64,000 bases of DNA from Tubiluchus corallicola. Taxonomy: Eukaryota > Animalia > Priapulida. The stretch is from NCBI GenBank assembly GCA_030141605.1, contig JAQGDQ010000053.1, positions 124,001 to 188,000 on the forward strand, read 5' to 3'. Made by a program: the position numbers and the translations under genes. Of this stretch, positions 10,901 to 22,324 are shown one piece after another. The number at the start of each line of letters is the position of its first letter. The stretch's first letter is position 1. Below the pieces are notes generated by a model. The model was not told the origin of the DNA. It saw only the letters and a program-made list of their open reading frames with translations, and did no database searches.

Positions 10901-12313
10901 AAAGGTGACACTTGATGACTGGGCAATCTATTTTGGTTTGCTAAGTTGTCTGTGTTGTACATTGGGAGCAGTTTGTTTGTACAGCCTAGTCCCTTACAGC
11001 AGTGTCACAGAAAAAATCTGTCCCCAGGTGTTCGCTCATCTGGTGTGGATAGAACTTTGCATATTCCATAATCTTCTACGAGTTGCTATGCAACAGTTAC
11101 TTGGGAGATAGACCATGCAATGAACAACACATTTTATCAAAAATTGGCATATTAATTTTTTGAAACATTTCTTGATAACTGTTGTTGAGAAAAGCCTTTA
11201 ACAGTTACTATAATTTCAGGAGAAAGCAAAGAACAAGTTTCTTCTTCATCGTTCGTAGAAAGGGTACGCAAACGTGGCTTCGAAGTGGTATATATGACAG
11301 AACCAATAGATGAATACTGCGTACAACAGTTGAAGGAACATGACGGTAAAAACCTTGTGTCTGTCACTAAAGAGGGTCTGGAACTACCGGAAGACGAGGA
11401 AGAGAAGAAAAAACATGAAGAAGACAAAACTAAGTACGAAAATCTTTGTAAGACAATGAAGGAGATCCTAGACAAGAAAGTGGAAAAGGTATTAAACTGT
11501 AGTATTTTTTTTAATCTTGAAGGAATTAGTAAAGTGTGACATTTGATGATAGGGCACCCTACTTTGGCTTGCTAGGTTATTGGATGTCTTGTATTTTGCA
11601 AGCAGATTTGTTTGTACAGCCTAGTCTTTTACAGCAGTGTCACAGAAAAGTCTGTCCCCTGATGCGCGTTTATCTGATGTGGATAGAACTTTGTGTATTA
11701 CATAATCTTCTCGGAGTTGCTAGGGAAAAGTTACTTGTGGTTTAGACCATGCAATGAACAAAGCATATAGTCCAAGGCAGATGTTTTAACTTTTTTTATT
11801 TAAAGGGTCTTCTGGTGTTTACAAATTGTATTTAAAGGGTCGTCTGGTGTTTACAAATTGACCTTTCAATTGCAGGTAGTCGTTTCTAAGCGCTTGGTCA
11901 GTTCTCCCTGTTGCATTGTCACAAGTCAGTACGGTTGGTCTGCAAACATGGAGCGAATTATGAAAGCACAGGCTTTACGAGATACATCAACTATGGGATA
12001 TATGGCTGCCAAGAAACACCTGGAAATTAACCCCGATCATCCCATCATAGAGTCACTTAAAAACCGCACAGACAAAGACAAAAATGATAAATCTGTGAAG
12101 GACTTGGTTATGCTGTTGTTTGAAACATCGTTACTGACTTCTGGCTTTTCTCTAGAGGATCCTCAGAATCATGCAGCTCGCATCAACCGTATGATTAAGC
12201 TAGGGCTTGGCATTGAAGAAGATGATTCAGTTCCAGAGGTTGGAATACCAGATGAAATTCCACCATTAGAAGGCGATGAAGATGATACATCTAGAATGGA
12301 AGAAGTAGATTAA
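4817..12313 (+). CDS. HSP90: Cytosolic heat shock protein 90 (724 aa), spliced CDS
   Basis: Exons 4817-4966, 5249-5455, 7670-7841, 8495-8679, 8970-9575, 9739-9886, 11220-11488 and 11876-12313 total 2175 nt; all GT-AG and phase-consistent. Signature motifs: [45 protein letters not shown]-terminal MEEVD. Confidence 0.98.
5021..5184 (+). ncRNA. Candidate long box C/D RNA in HSP90 intron
   Basis: C-like ATGATTA (5026), D box CTGA (5176) 69 nt before the 3' splice site, internal hairpin aggtag/ctacct. The C box is non-canonical and the terminal stem is weak. Confidence 0.35.
5249..5455 (+). CDS. HSP90: HSP90 coding exon 2
   Basis: ALDKIRY...FMEALQ. Confidence 0.96.
5729..5864 (+). ncRNA. Candidate H/ACA snoRNA in HSP90 intron
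   Basis: Hairpin 5729-5767, possible H box aaatga, second hairpin with a pocket (attgatg/caccagt; ggtggt/gccacc), and ACA at 5859, 14 nt from the pocket top. Confidence 0.35.
7670..7841 (+). CDS. HSP90: HSP90 coding exon 3 (absent from ORF track)
   Basis: [20 protein letters not shown]...DHGEPI. Confidence 0.96.
7871..7946 (+). ncRNA. Candidate box C/D snoRNA in HSP90 intron
   Basis: Perfect C box ATGATGA (7871), D box CTGA (7943), 76 nt, internal gtgca/tgcac stem. No terminal stem and no target identified. Confidence 0.4.
8495..8679 (+). CDS. HSP90: HSP90 coding exon 4
   Basis: [11 protein letters not shown]...EEKKE. Confidence 0.95.
8729..8890 (+). ncRNA. Candidate long box C/D RNA in HSP90 intron
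   Basis: ttagcATGATTA (C-like box at 8734), D box CTGA (8882) 84 nt before the 3' splice site; same 5' 12-mer and nearly the same length as the 5021 candidate. Confidence 0.33.
8970..9575 (+). CDS. HSP90: HSP90 coding exon 5
   Basis: [16 protein letters not shown]...FSKNLK. Confidence 0.96.
9739..9886 (+). CDS. HSP90: HSP90 coding exon 6 (absent from ORF track)
   Basis: [13 protein letters not shown]...IYYIT. Confidence 0.95.
10905..11129 (+). ncRNA. SNORA73: U17/E1/snR30-family (SNORA73) H/ACA snoRNA, copy 1, intronic
   Basis: 5' hairpin gtgacac/gtgtcac; H box agaaaa (11009); m1 ATATTCCATA (11061) and m2 AGACCAT (11110) facing each other above a ttgc/gcaa stem; ACA at 11124, followed by 3 nt. 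This is the same layout as the vertebrate U17 3' domain (CTGC ATATTCCTA...AAACCAT GCAG GAA ACA). Confidence 0.88.
11220..11488 (+). CDS. HSP90: HSP90 coding exon 7
   Basis: GESKEQV...LDKKVEK. Confidence 0.96.
11536..11763 (+). ncRNA. SNORA73: U17/SNORA73 H/ACA snoRNA, copy 2, intronic
   Basis: Colinear paralog of 10905-11129: H box at 11644, variant m1 GTATTACATA (11695), m2 AGACCAT (11744), ACA at 11758. Confidence 0.82.
11797..11860. repeat. 32-bp tandem duplication just upstream of the last HSP90 acceptor
   Basis: tatttaaagggtc(t/g)tctggtgtttacaaattg x2, one mismatch. Confidence 0.95.
11876..12313 (+). CDS. HSP90: HSP90 last coding exon
   Basis: [13 protein letters not shown]...MEEVD*. 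Confidence 0.97.
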   Translation, partial: VVVSKRLVSSPCCIVTSQYGWSANMERIMKAQALRDTSTMGYMAAKKHLEINPDHPIIESLKNRTDKDKNDKSVKDLVMLLFETSLLTSGFSLEDPQNHAARINRMIKLGLGIEEDDSVPEVGIPDEIPPLEGDEDDTSRMEEVD

Positions 12314-12476
12314 ATTTAGTGCTGTCATATCTTTGTTTTCCTTGTCTTTTCCCCCTTTTTTAATGTTTAACTGTGTTTACAATTCTGTTTTCTGTCATTA
12401 CTAGCAGAGAATGTATTTCGTTAACACTGCATCTCATCTTGTTCTTGGAGATGTTCATAATTATTAAGTGATTGAA

Positions 12477-12596
12477 GGACAATTAATTCCCTGTACATCT
12501 GAACAGTTGAAGTTCTGAGTTGATTGCACACAATACACATGCCATGTGGACAATTAATTCCCTGTACGTTTGAACAGTTGAGGTTCTGAATTGCTG
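12477..12596. repeat. ~48-bp direct repeat (period 71) in HSP90 3'UTR
   Basis: ggacaattaattccctgtac...gaacagttga.gttctga at 12477 and 12548. Confidence 0.9.
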
Positions 12597-12745
12597 TTCT
12601 AATGCACTCACTGCAAATAATTGTTCCCATTGTTGATAAGAACATTCTATATAGAATTTTCAACACTTCTGTGTATCCATATACTGTGATTTCTGTATAA
12701 AGCTTTCAAATTTATTATTGCTTTATAAAAACGTACAATGCTGAG

Positions 12746-12751
12746 AATAAA
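12746..12751 (+). terminator. Probable HSP90 polyadenylation signal AATAAA
   Basis: First AATAAA seen after the stop codon, followed by GU/U-rich sequence. Confidence 0.65.
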
Positions 12752-13399
12752 TGTGTTTGGTTCGTCACATCTAACACTTTTGACATCTTTTTTTATACAA
12801 ACCCGGGGCAAGCATGTTGGGTCCTATAATATATCTAAAGTGATTTTCCCTTTAGGAAAGGCTTGCTTCGAAACCTACGTACATTTGTAAATTTGTGTTT
12901 GGATGCAAGATGTTTTATCGATTTTACATTTCGGCAATGGAGATTACTGGCGATACTTCAGTGTTACAACTGCATTGAGCATTCTAGTCATTTGCAACAA
13001 ATGGCCTCTTTGATGCCTGTTGTAAATTATTTGGTGTTTCAATATGTGTACATGTATAACTTTTTACATGCGATATATTTCAGTTTTTCCATGGTCCTTG
13101 TGTTTTTAGTATGCAAGAACATAGATTTCTAAACGGCTTGCATCTACTGTGTGAAAACGATAAAACAAACTAATACACTGTTTTAGAATGTACAGTATTT
13201 ATTTTAAAGGTTAAATAGGCAAGTTGTAATATCATGCTAAAGGCAGAGTGTGACTGAAATTAAATGTTAGAAGTAAAATCCGTGGAATATGCACTAGTTA
13301 AATTTAAATTACATGGAAGTAAAATGCTACATGTAGAAAAGCTTACACAAAATTTCCTGCACTAAATGAGCCTCTGGTGGCTTCGCCAACATTAGTAGT

Positions 13400-15061
13400 A
13401 ATGGGGAGCAAAATTAACTCTGATTTTCCTTGAATGTCTGGCAATTCGATTCAGAAGTTGCATTGCCAGGATTCTTGTTAATTAGGTGCAACATATCACA
13501 CAATAAAAAATAATAGGATGTATTATGTGAAATCGATCCGTATGGGATTGTTGTAAAACCCGTATGTGGCATCTAAAAACAGTAAAATTAAAATACATCA
13601 CAATCAGTACATTCTATGCCATGCAATCTGTCGAACAACTGAAACTCGCAACTAGTGGTAATGGCTTCTTATTGGCTTTAGGGGAAGGCCTGAGAGCACA
13701 GGAGTGATTATAAAGATATCTTCACAGCTGCTTAAAGGAATTAGACAGTGAAGCTCGACCAGTTGTTCATTATTTACCTTTTTTGTTAATGACAGTCAAC
13801 GTTGTCAACAGATACGAACTGTTGGATATTTGGAGGCCCTGCATTCATTTTTCTTAATGGATGACATTGTTTTTCTAGCCACCTCCCGAAAGGCAGTGGA
13901 AAGGAAAATAGGTTAGTCACATGTGCCTCCGATCTAGGCATGACTGTTCACCATACTAAGTTCGCATTTTTAACTGTACATGGGTAAAACTGACGACAGA
14001 AGTTTTCAAAATGGTGATTACAACTCGGCATAAGGCAGAAAACATCTCTGTACCCCCATCACTAATGCGAGAATTGCAGAGCAGTTACAGATGCACCTGC
14101 AAGCGAAGAAACTAGAGTTGAGAAAATTCGGTCATTCTTTGCTGAAAATCCAGGTGTGCCATTTCCAATGAAAAAAGCAATATGGCAAAGTGCTGTTGTG
14201 AACTGTGTTATATCCTTGTGAATCTTGGTGCACAAATGAAATGAAAGGCATACAAGCTTACCTAGATTCTGTCACCACCCAAACAATGAATCGTTCTCTT
14301 TCAAGCTGGTGTACCTCATTGTTAAAAGCAATTAGAAGAGGTTTTTGCAGGAGTTTCATGCTCAAACCAGCAGTGACGTGTTTCCATTGACCAAAGCCAC
14401 AAATTTAGCTGAAGGGGCTATTTCACCTAAGGCAAGTTATCTTAGTTTATTAGAGGGAAGAGATCACAATGTGACTGACAAAGCGCCAAAGAGAAATTTG
14501 CTGAATTGGTAGAGTATTCTACTTGTCGTCAGACATACTTGAAGTTTAACCCGGCTTTAGCCTAGCATCCCGTTTATGAGAGCACAGCGTACCTAAAATT
14601 AAAAGAACTGCATTTACCAGAATGTAATTTTCTTCGATTAAACACTGAAGTTTGTAGACGGTTGATAATTCCGGTGGAAACTAGAATTTGTTTATGTGGC
14701 CAAGTAGAGGAGCATATTTTGCTAAAATGTCATAGAACTGAATTTGTCTTAATGTTGCCAACACGTGTATACTTGAATTAATGAATTTGGAAGATCATAA
14801 AAAGTTGTGTGGATTTGCTTTACTGTGCATTAAAAGAATTCCAAGGAATATGAAATGCATTTTTACTCTATTGTATGATTACTACCTAATGGTTTGTATT
14901 TTTTCTTATAATTTATATTTTATTTTTGTAATGGAACAGAGGAATGAGTTGTTTTTGGAGCATTTGTTTCACTCCAAACTCATTGTAACTTTTATGCACT
15001 TGCAATGTATTTACAGTTGACAAAATTAATGTCAATAAATATCTAATTTAATCTAATCTAA
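13400..15061 (+). mobile_element. Decayed non-LTR retrotransposon (LINE) 3' fragment
   Basis: RT motif remnants GIRQ*SSTSCSLF (13737) and FLMDDIVFLATS (13851); C-terminal ICLCGQVEEHILLKC (~14686); then AATAAA and an (ATCTA)n-like tail at 15035-15061. Many stops and frameshifts. The 5' boundary is approximate. Confidence 0.75.
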
Positions 15062-17125
15062 CCGTAGCCAAAGATTTTCGTTTTCTTTGCTATCATGCAT
15101 TGCGTGCCACATTTTAGTTCAATAACCAAAAATCATCAAATTACAAGTATGTAAATGTATAATTGTTATTGTGCAGGATGAAGCTTAAAAACTGTATTTT
15201 CTATTAACGAATTTATTATAATTATCAATCTTATTTGTTTGCCAAATCTGAGATCAGTCTATGCGATACAACAACACATTTATAATTTTTTATACAGTAC
15301 TACTAAATTAAATTTTGCGGTCATTATATATAGTTTTCGACTATAGACTCTCTTAACTGCTTTGCTTTGAACCTTCTTGGCCTTAGATCAGGTTTGTTAG
15401 GTACACATAATTTATGAGTTTTTGACAAGACCCAAATTTTGTTTTTCCTCACGTGAAATACTTTTCTAGTCATAATCACCATAGTTGTAGCAACAAATTA
15501 AATGTAATTACAGTATATGTACCAAATTTTTCCAACAGGCCAGAAAATCCTTTCAGTTAGTTGAATGTACACCAGTTTGGACTACACGCAACAAATTTAC
15601 TAGCAAATATGCAAATCACTAATACTCTGCATCACAACAACAAACCATTTATGAAGATTTAAAATAAATACATACATATAATTACAAATACAACATCAAT
15701 AAAATATATAGATTTTCAAATAGGGCTACAAACAAATTTAGATTATTTAGAACATCCTGTACAACATAATACTGGAAGTCCGCATGTACAATTCCACACA
15801 AAATGCTCTATGTTCCTTAAAATTATTTGAATTACAACTTAACTTGCGGTCTAACAATAATAATAAAAGCTTCTAATTCTAACACTATATTAAGAGATTT
15901 AAATATCAGACTAGATTTACTTATATTCATGACTAGATTATGAACAATGGTGCACATTCGCTTAATATCTAGATTACCATTATTTTCCATTCTTTAAGAT
16001 TCCAAATAACAATTTCATAAGTTTACTTGACTTAGTAGAAAAGATCACCAATGTTCAATTAAATGAATTGCATAATTGCATGCAAAAAACTTCAAATTTA
16101 TACCCTATCAAAATTTAATACACTTACAATACGTTATATCTTTGGTAAATACTAGGTGAAAGTCTAATACACTGCTATATATATCACCTTTCCCTTTCCA
16201 TGCCTGAAAATTATAATTAAGGACAAGATGAATGAAACGTGCTATTCACATGTCCTGTCATGTTGATATGTACCGCTGACATAACTTTTCCACACAATTT
16301 ACTTTTGCACCAGTTACTGTCTATACATATTCATTGGATCAGCATGTGCGCAAGAATCTTATAGTTATTTAAGTTAATTTTTTTACAAAAAGAAACAGAA
16401 CTAATTACAGCAAACATTACCACAAAATCTAATGAAAAAGCTATATGTATACTATTTGCAGTGTTGAGTAGTATCACTACTATTTTGAAATTGAATAGTG
16501 GCAAACTGTAATTTCACTACTTGTTTTTAAGTAATGCTGTACTATAGCATTACATTTAATTTTTGCATTAGATAATTAATGTCTGCATAGAGAACTGTGT
16601 TTTCCTAGCAACTGTAGATGTAGATATGCTACAGGTACAAGGAGTATCTAATTGTATACTTGTAGTTGTAATGATCGCCGACACAGTGAAGCAAGACTTT
16701 AAAATACACCATGTGTCTTGCCGATCAATGTTTTTCGTTGGTCTTCTCTTGGGAAATATATTCTGCCCAAAGGTGAACAACTGTTGGCCAGACAGTAACT
16801 TTAAAACATATAATTTTTAAAGCAAGTAGATATGTTTAAAGTTTGAACAACTGTTTATCACATGGCATAAAATAATGAAGTGTCATGCGTTCAATATTAT
16901 AATGCATAATTTATTGTTATTATTGATAATATATGAATGACCTGCATCTGTTTAATTAAAATCATAAATAAAACTATAATAAAAAGTGCTATTATGTACA
17001 AACTTAATCTCGTGGTACGAATTACTTTAACTCCATTTAAATAAATATATATTTACACCTTATTTATGCATTGTAAACTAAATATGCTTTACAATTTGTT
17101 CCTTTTTACATAGATGCATATTGGT

Positions 17126-17407
17126 TTACACACAAGTATCTTCGACATCTTTCTCATCAAAATAAATGCAAATACTTTTGCCCTTATCGTCATCTTTTAG
17201 CAGTGCAGCTTTTTCACTCGCATGAAGAGATTCTAAGCTATCACAGCGAGCCATGGGTGCAATGTACGCATCAGCTCTTGCAGTTGTCGGACTTGACTGA
17301 GGGGTTCCTTGACTGGATCGGTCCCTGATCATAACTGCTCCAGCTCTACGAGGAGGTGCGCGCCATGATGATTCAGCTTTTGTGGCTTGATCGCTGTCAC
17401 TAGCACC
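17126..17407 (-). CDS. UNC80: UNC80 terminal exon
   Basis: GASDSDQ...ASEKAALL...EDTCV*. Confidence 0.85.
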   Translation of the reverse strand, partial: GASDSDQATKAESSWRAPPRRAGAVMIRDRSSQGTPQSSPTTARADAYIAPMARCDSLESLHASEKAALLKDDDKGKSICIYFDEKDVEDTCV

Positions 17408-20400
17408 CTAAAGACAATCTTATCAATCACAGTACTGGACAGAAATCATAAATCTTATCAAATTGTCAATTCCAAAAAAAAACAATCTAACAAAAGTTCA
17501 TGGTAAAGTCTTAAGCATGAAAATATATCTAACATCTTTTCTACCATTACTATCTACAGAACACAAGATCAGAGTATACGGTGAGACTAACTAGAATGTT
17601 ACACATTCAAATTACATTAAAATTCAAAAGAGAAACTTTTGCAATAGTATAATAAATCCATTTTTGTTAATTCGTCTATTACCTCTGCCACTGTTTCTTC
17701 CTCGGTTTCTTCTTGCTGCAGACCTTGTTCAATACTCCTTGACTTCTCTAACAACTTTTTGGGTCTTCGGAAAGTTTTCCTGCTCTGAGCACTTTGCCTC
17801 TGAAGCCTGAAGATTTCGAAAATTTGTACAAAATGACAAAAAAAAAATTGTCAAAATGACGGATAAACAAACATTATGTGTAACATAATATCCCAATTGA
17901 GAATGTAAATCTGCTATTATTGGTAAACCTCAGCCATAAATCACTCAGATATTTGCTTCTGTTAATCTAATAAAAGCACTTTTAAAAATGTTTTTACCAC
18001 CATAATGCAATGTTATAAAGTACCATTGCAGTACGCATGCATCAAATGTTATTAACAGAAATAGCAGCTTACACTATTTTGGAAGATGCCAATCTAAAAT
18101 TGCCCTAGCCTACAAACTGCAATCATCTGCTATTAGTATATAGTTGCTATTTGCTAAATATGCTGACTACCTGGCAAATTAAATACATGCAATTTAATGC
18201 AATAAGTGCAAACAATGCCTAAGGATCACCTGTGCCGTGTGTATGTACCACGTGGAACATCGGAATAAGTACGAGCGCGTGACGATGGATCGTCTGTTTG
18301 CTGATTACCATCTAGTCGCTGAGATCTAGAGAAGCATGCATACAATATGACAATGTGAGGCGTGCAGGGATAACAATCAGGAGTATAGCTCAATTCTGTG
18401 ATAGTGCATGCTAAATTGTTAAACATGCATTTGTCAGACAGGAAATTAGCAATAAACTACAAATGGCATAACTTCACTAGTGTAACAATAGTTTATCACT
18501 TACATTATGCAGCTAAATAAAGCAGTTACAAAACACTGTTTTTCAGTGCAGAGCAACAAAAGCATAAGAACAAGTATAACATACGGTGTTGTGCTCATAA
18601 TTATGTGTGGCAGTGTCACAGTATATAATATATGTTTCTGAAATATTGTGTTGCAGTAGAGAATTCATCACAGTTTCCTTGTGTTATTGTAGAGATGAGA
18701 TTAAATTCATGGTAGTAAAACCAATATAGATAACAAAATAACAGCTTGTTGATATATGGTTAAGGATTATAGAGTGTGTACAAGCATCAACAATGAAAAT
18801 GAGGAGTTCTGCATATCACCAGGTAAAGATTAATTGCTGTGTGATGTCATACATTTTGGAGGTGTTCTCACTACTTTATGCGACAAGAAATGATGAACAC
18901 ACTGTTTTGTGGTTGTATAGTCCAAAACTTTTTTGTTTTCATAATCTCAAGCTGTTAGACAACAAGATGCATTTATTTTTTGAGATTTTCGACAATCATA
19001 AGACTTGTAAACCTAGCAGCAATATAGTATTACGAGACAAAAGCAGTACTATTTTTTACTTTTCTTTATAAAATTTTTGGTGGAACTTTATTTAACCATT
19101 GCAGCTTGTTTAAGGCATTGTGTTTTCATGTGATTAACATAATAAATGAAAAAAGGGGTGCAATGTAGCAGATTACAAGACTACATCTCAGTCAGTAAAT
19201 ATAAAAGGGATCAGTAACCACCAAACAAGATGTCATGCAGGATAAATGGACCAATAAAAATAAAAACATTATAATAATATTCTAGAAACAATATCTAATT
19301 AGCTATACATGTAATAATCAGAATACGAACCTGACCGATGGTTCTCGGCTAACACCACCTTCACTATCTTGATCAGACTTTGAGCTGGTAACACTCGACT
19401 GTTTGGCGAGAAAACGCCTGTGATGTAAGCTGGCTTTCCTTGTCAACCTGGAGAAACTTGAACTTGTCATAGAACTTTCTGCAAAAAAGCAAATGTTTAT
19501 TTAGGGTAGCACTAAAGACGACGAATAGGCACAGAAAACAAGCAAATGAAAGTAGCTAGAACTACCACATTAGCCAAGCCAACCTAATTAAACGGAAATT
19601 TCAAGCAGCAGCCATAAACAAAAATATTGAACAAAATTTTAAAATGCTACATAATCAGACACTTTTAACTTCATCTAGCCGACCAAGATAAGAACACGAA
19701 TAAATAGACATATGATATTCACAACATTATAATTTGGCTGAGGAAATAATAAATATGAAATGCAATAAAAATGCATCTACACTAGAAGAGGGCTACAGAA
19801 CTAAAAAAGTGTATGATTTTCAACTATTTACAAGTGAAATTTAGAAGCACAATTTTCTGTTATAGTGCACTGTACTGTATGTAGTGGTGAGCTTGCACAT
19901 GCTGAAGAAGAATGAATAAAAAGTGCATCTTGTGCTAATTATCATGATAGTCTTACTGAAATTATTTGATATCTGTTGAGGGTAGGCCAGAGATGCGGCT
20001 CGTCCTCTTACTAATGGCGATTCTGCAACCATAGACAATACCTTGTAAAACTCAATACAGCATCACTCAAGTGCTTAAACGTAAATTAGCAAAAGTGAAG
20101 TAGAAAAAAGTGCAGCACTCAGATTAAGAGCATTAGGAAAATGCACTTTTAAAGGTCACAATGCATAATTGCAGTTCTAACAACAGAGCCATTAATTCAT
20201 TTGCAACAAAACTGAAAGCATAATGTAGAAAGTAAATCTACAACACCAAATTACACTCTACTGCTTAATTGGTTATCAGAAAAACTGTAGTATAATAGCC
20301 TGGCTTACCTGATCATCAAACTTAACAAGGCATATTGAAGCAGCATACTAACGACAGATAGTGTGCTAATCATTATTATGTAAAATCATTTTAAAAATTG

Positions 20401-22275
20401 CTTAATATGACGATGTAGTATTGTAGTTCATTGATCTTAGTTAATAACAGAAGGCAAACTAAAATATGGTACAAAGTATTGAATCCAAAGATCAAAATTC
20501 GTTTGTAATCTGAAATAAGATGATGCGTTCTAATTAAAATAGGCCATGCATTCACAGTAGCAACTGAACATACTAAGGAAACATATATTCTTGTACATAT
20601 GACACAAAGTTACTCATGCAATCAGCATTCTAATTGTCAAAAAAGAAGTACTTAACACAAGAAACAGTAGCAAACACACGAAAAATCCAAAAATTTAATT
20701 GCTTAATTAATCAAAATCTCCTCAAAAAAGTATTGAAAAAATATTTGCAAACAATGATATAGTTAGAAGAGATTTGATACAGCTATTAAAAATAGATTAG
20801 ACTTGTTGCAAATAGCGTTCAACACTTTCAACACCGTGAATAGCTTAGTGTAAACCAGTCTAAAGAAACACTTGGAAAACTTTAAACTTTGATGTAGTAT
20901 TAAAGTTAATTCAGAAAAGTTTAACCCAGTGAACAATTCTATCACGCTAAAAATATATTACATTGGCATTAAGGATTTGTTGTATTTATATTGTTTTTAA
21001 AGGGAAAATATTGGTTATTTATAGGAACTTGCTAGACACAACATCAAAAGTGCCTTTAGCTAGCAGATGTTCAATGTGCAAGGAAGAATAGAAATAATAA
21101 TGATTATAAAAGCATCTACAATGGGTAGTAATACTAATTTGAAAACACACCAAACATGGGGAACACAAAAAGTGGATAAAGCTTATTTAACAAGACTTAG
21201 TGCTGTGATACAGACACCTCCAGCAGGTGACTGTGGCTGTTGACTTTCATTTGACTGACATGTGAAAAGATTGGTGGCGCCATCTATTGCATTAGTAAAC
21301 ATACCCTCATTAAAATGACTATCCTGTTCCTCCTGCAAACTAGTGCGACGTGAAATACGATCAAGTGATCGCATGCGCATACTCAGCTTACGACCTGTAG
21401 TTTCACTCTGAACTGACCAATCACGTTGCAAAGGTGGCCTGGTGGGCGGAGAGTTGCCCTGACTAGCTGTAGAATGAGCTGCATATTCACACGAGGAAGG
21501 GAGAAGAATTAAAAAGAAGCAGTTAAAATCATGCACACAACTTTTGTGTTTGCAATACACTCATAATACTGCAGAGACAGAATAACTGAAACTATAAAAC
21601 TGGCTTTCAAACACATATAATTGAACAACAAATCATTCAGTAATATTAGTAGTAAGTTTTCAATACATGCAAATCATTATACTGGTTACATACTAATCTG
21701 CACTATTACAGCAGTTAGTAGAGTAAGTTCATGTCAGCTAATAGCTAAATAAGAAACACCAATCTTTCAGAAGGAACCAGCTGATTTCAAGATGCACATT
21801 TATTAAGATTTTACTGTAGTAATTGATCATGCTAACTTTGTCAGTAAAGCATGCGTACAACAATTACTGAAAACTCCTAATATATAGTATATTAGTACAG
21901 TATGATGTATATAAAATGCCTAATGCCAAACACTTTTTTAATTAAACAACTGAAATAGCAAGAGCAAAGTTGACACACAAGGCAAATTCCCAGATATTAA
22001 ATACGCACTACGTTCTGTTCGTCGAACACTGAGTCGCTCTTTGCGTTCACCATGTCGATCTCTGAAACTTGTGAAACGCTTCAGTCCCCACCCTGTTGCC
22101 CCACTGCTACTATCATCAATAATTGTGGACGTGCGTGGCCGATAATCAGCTACAATAGAAACAGCACTCAATGTTAAGAGAAATTTGTACATACAAAAAC
22201 AGCTATTTGCTTATTCTGTCAGACAGACAGACACACATGCATGCACGATGCGCGCACACACACGCACACGCACAT

Positions 22276-22324
<49 letters not shown>

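Noticed and set aside
10896-11745. Paralogous short ORFs 10896-11111 and 11536-11745 as mutually exclusive exons or peptides
   Set aside because: The HSP90 CDS is complete without them, and their similarity is explained by the duplicated U17 RNA.
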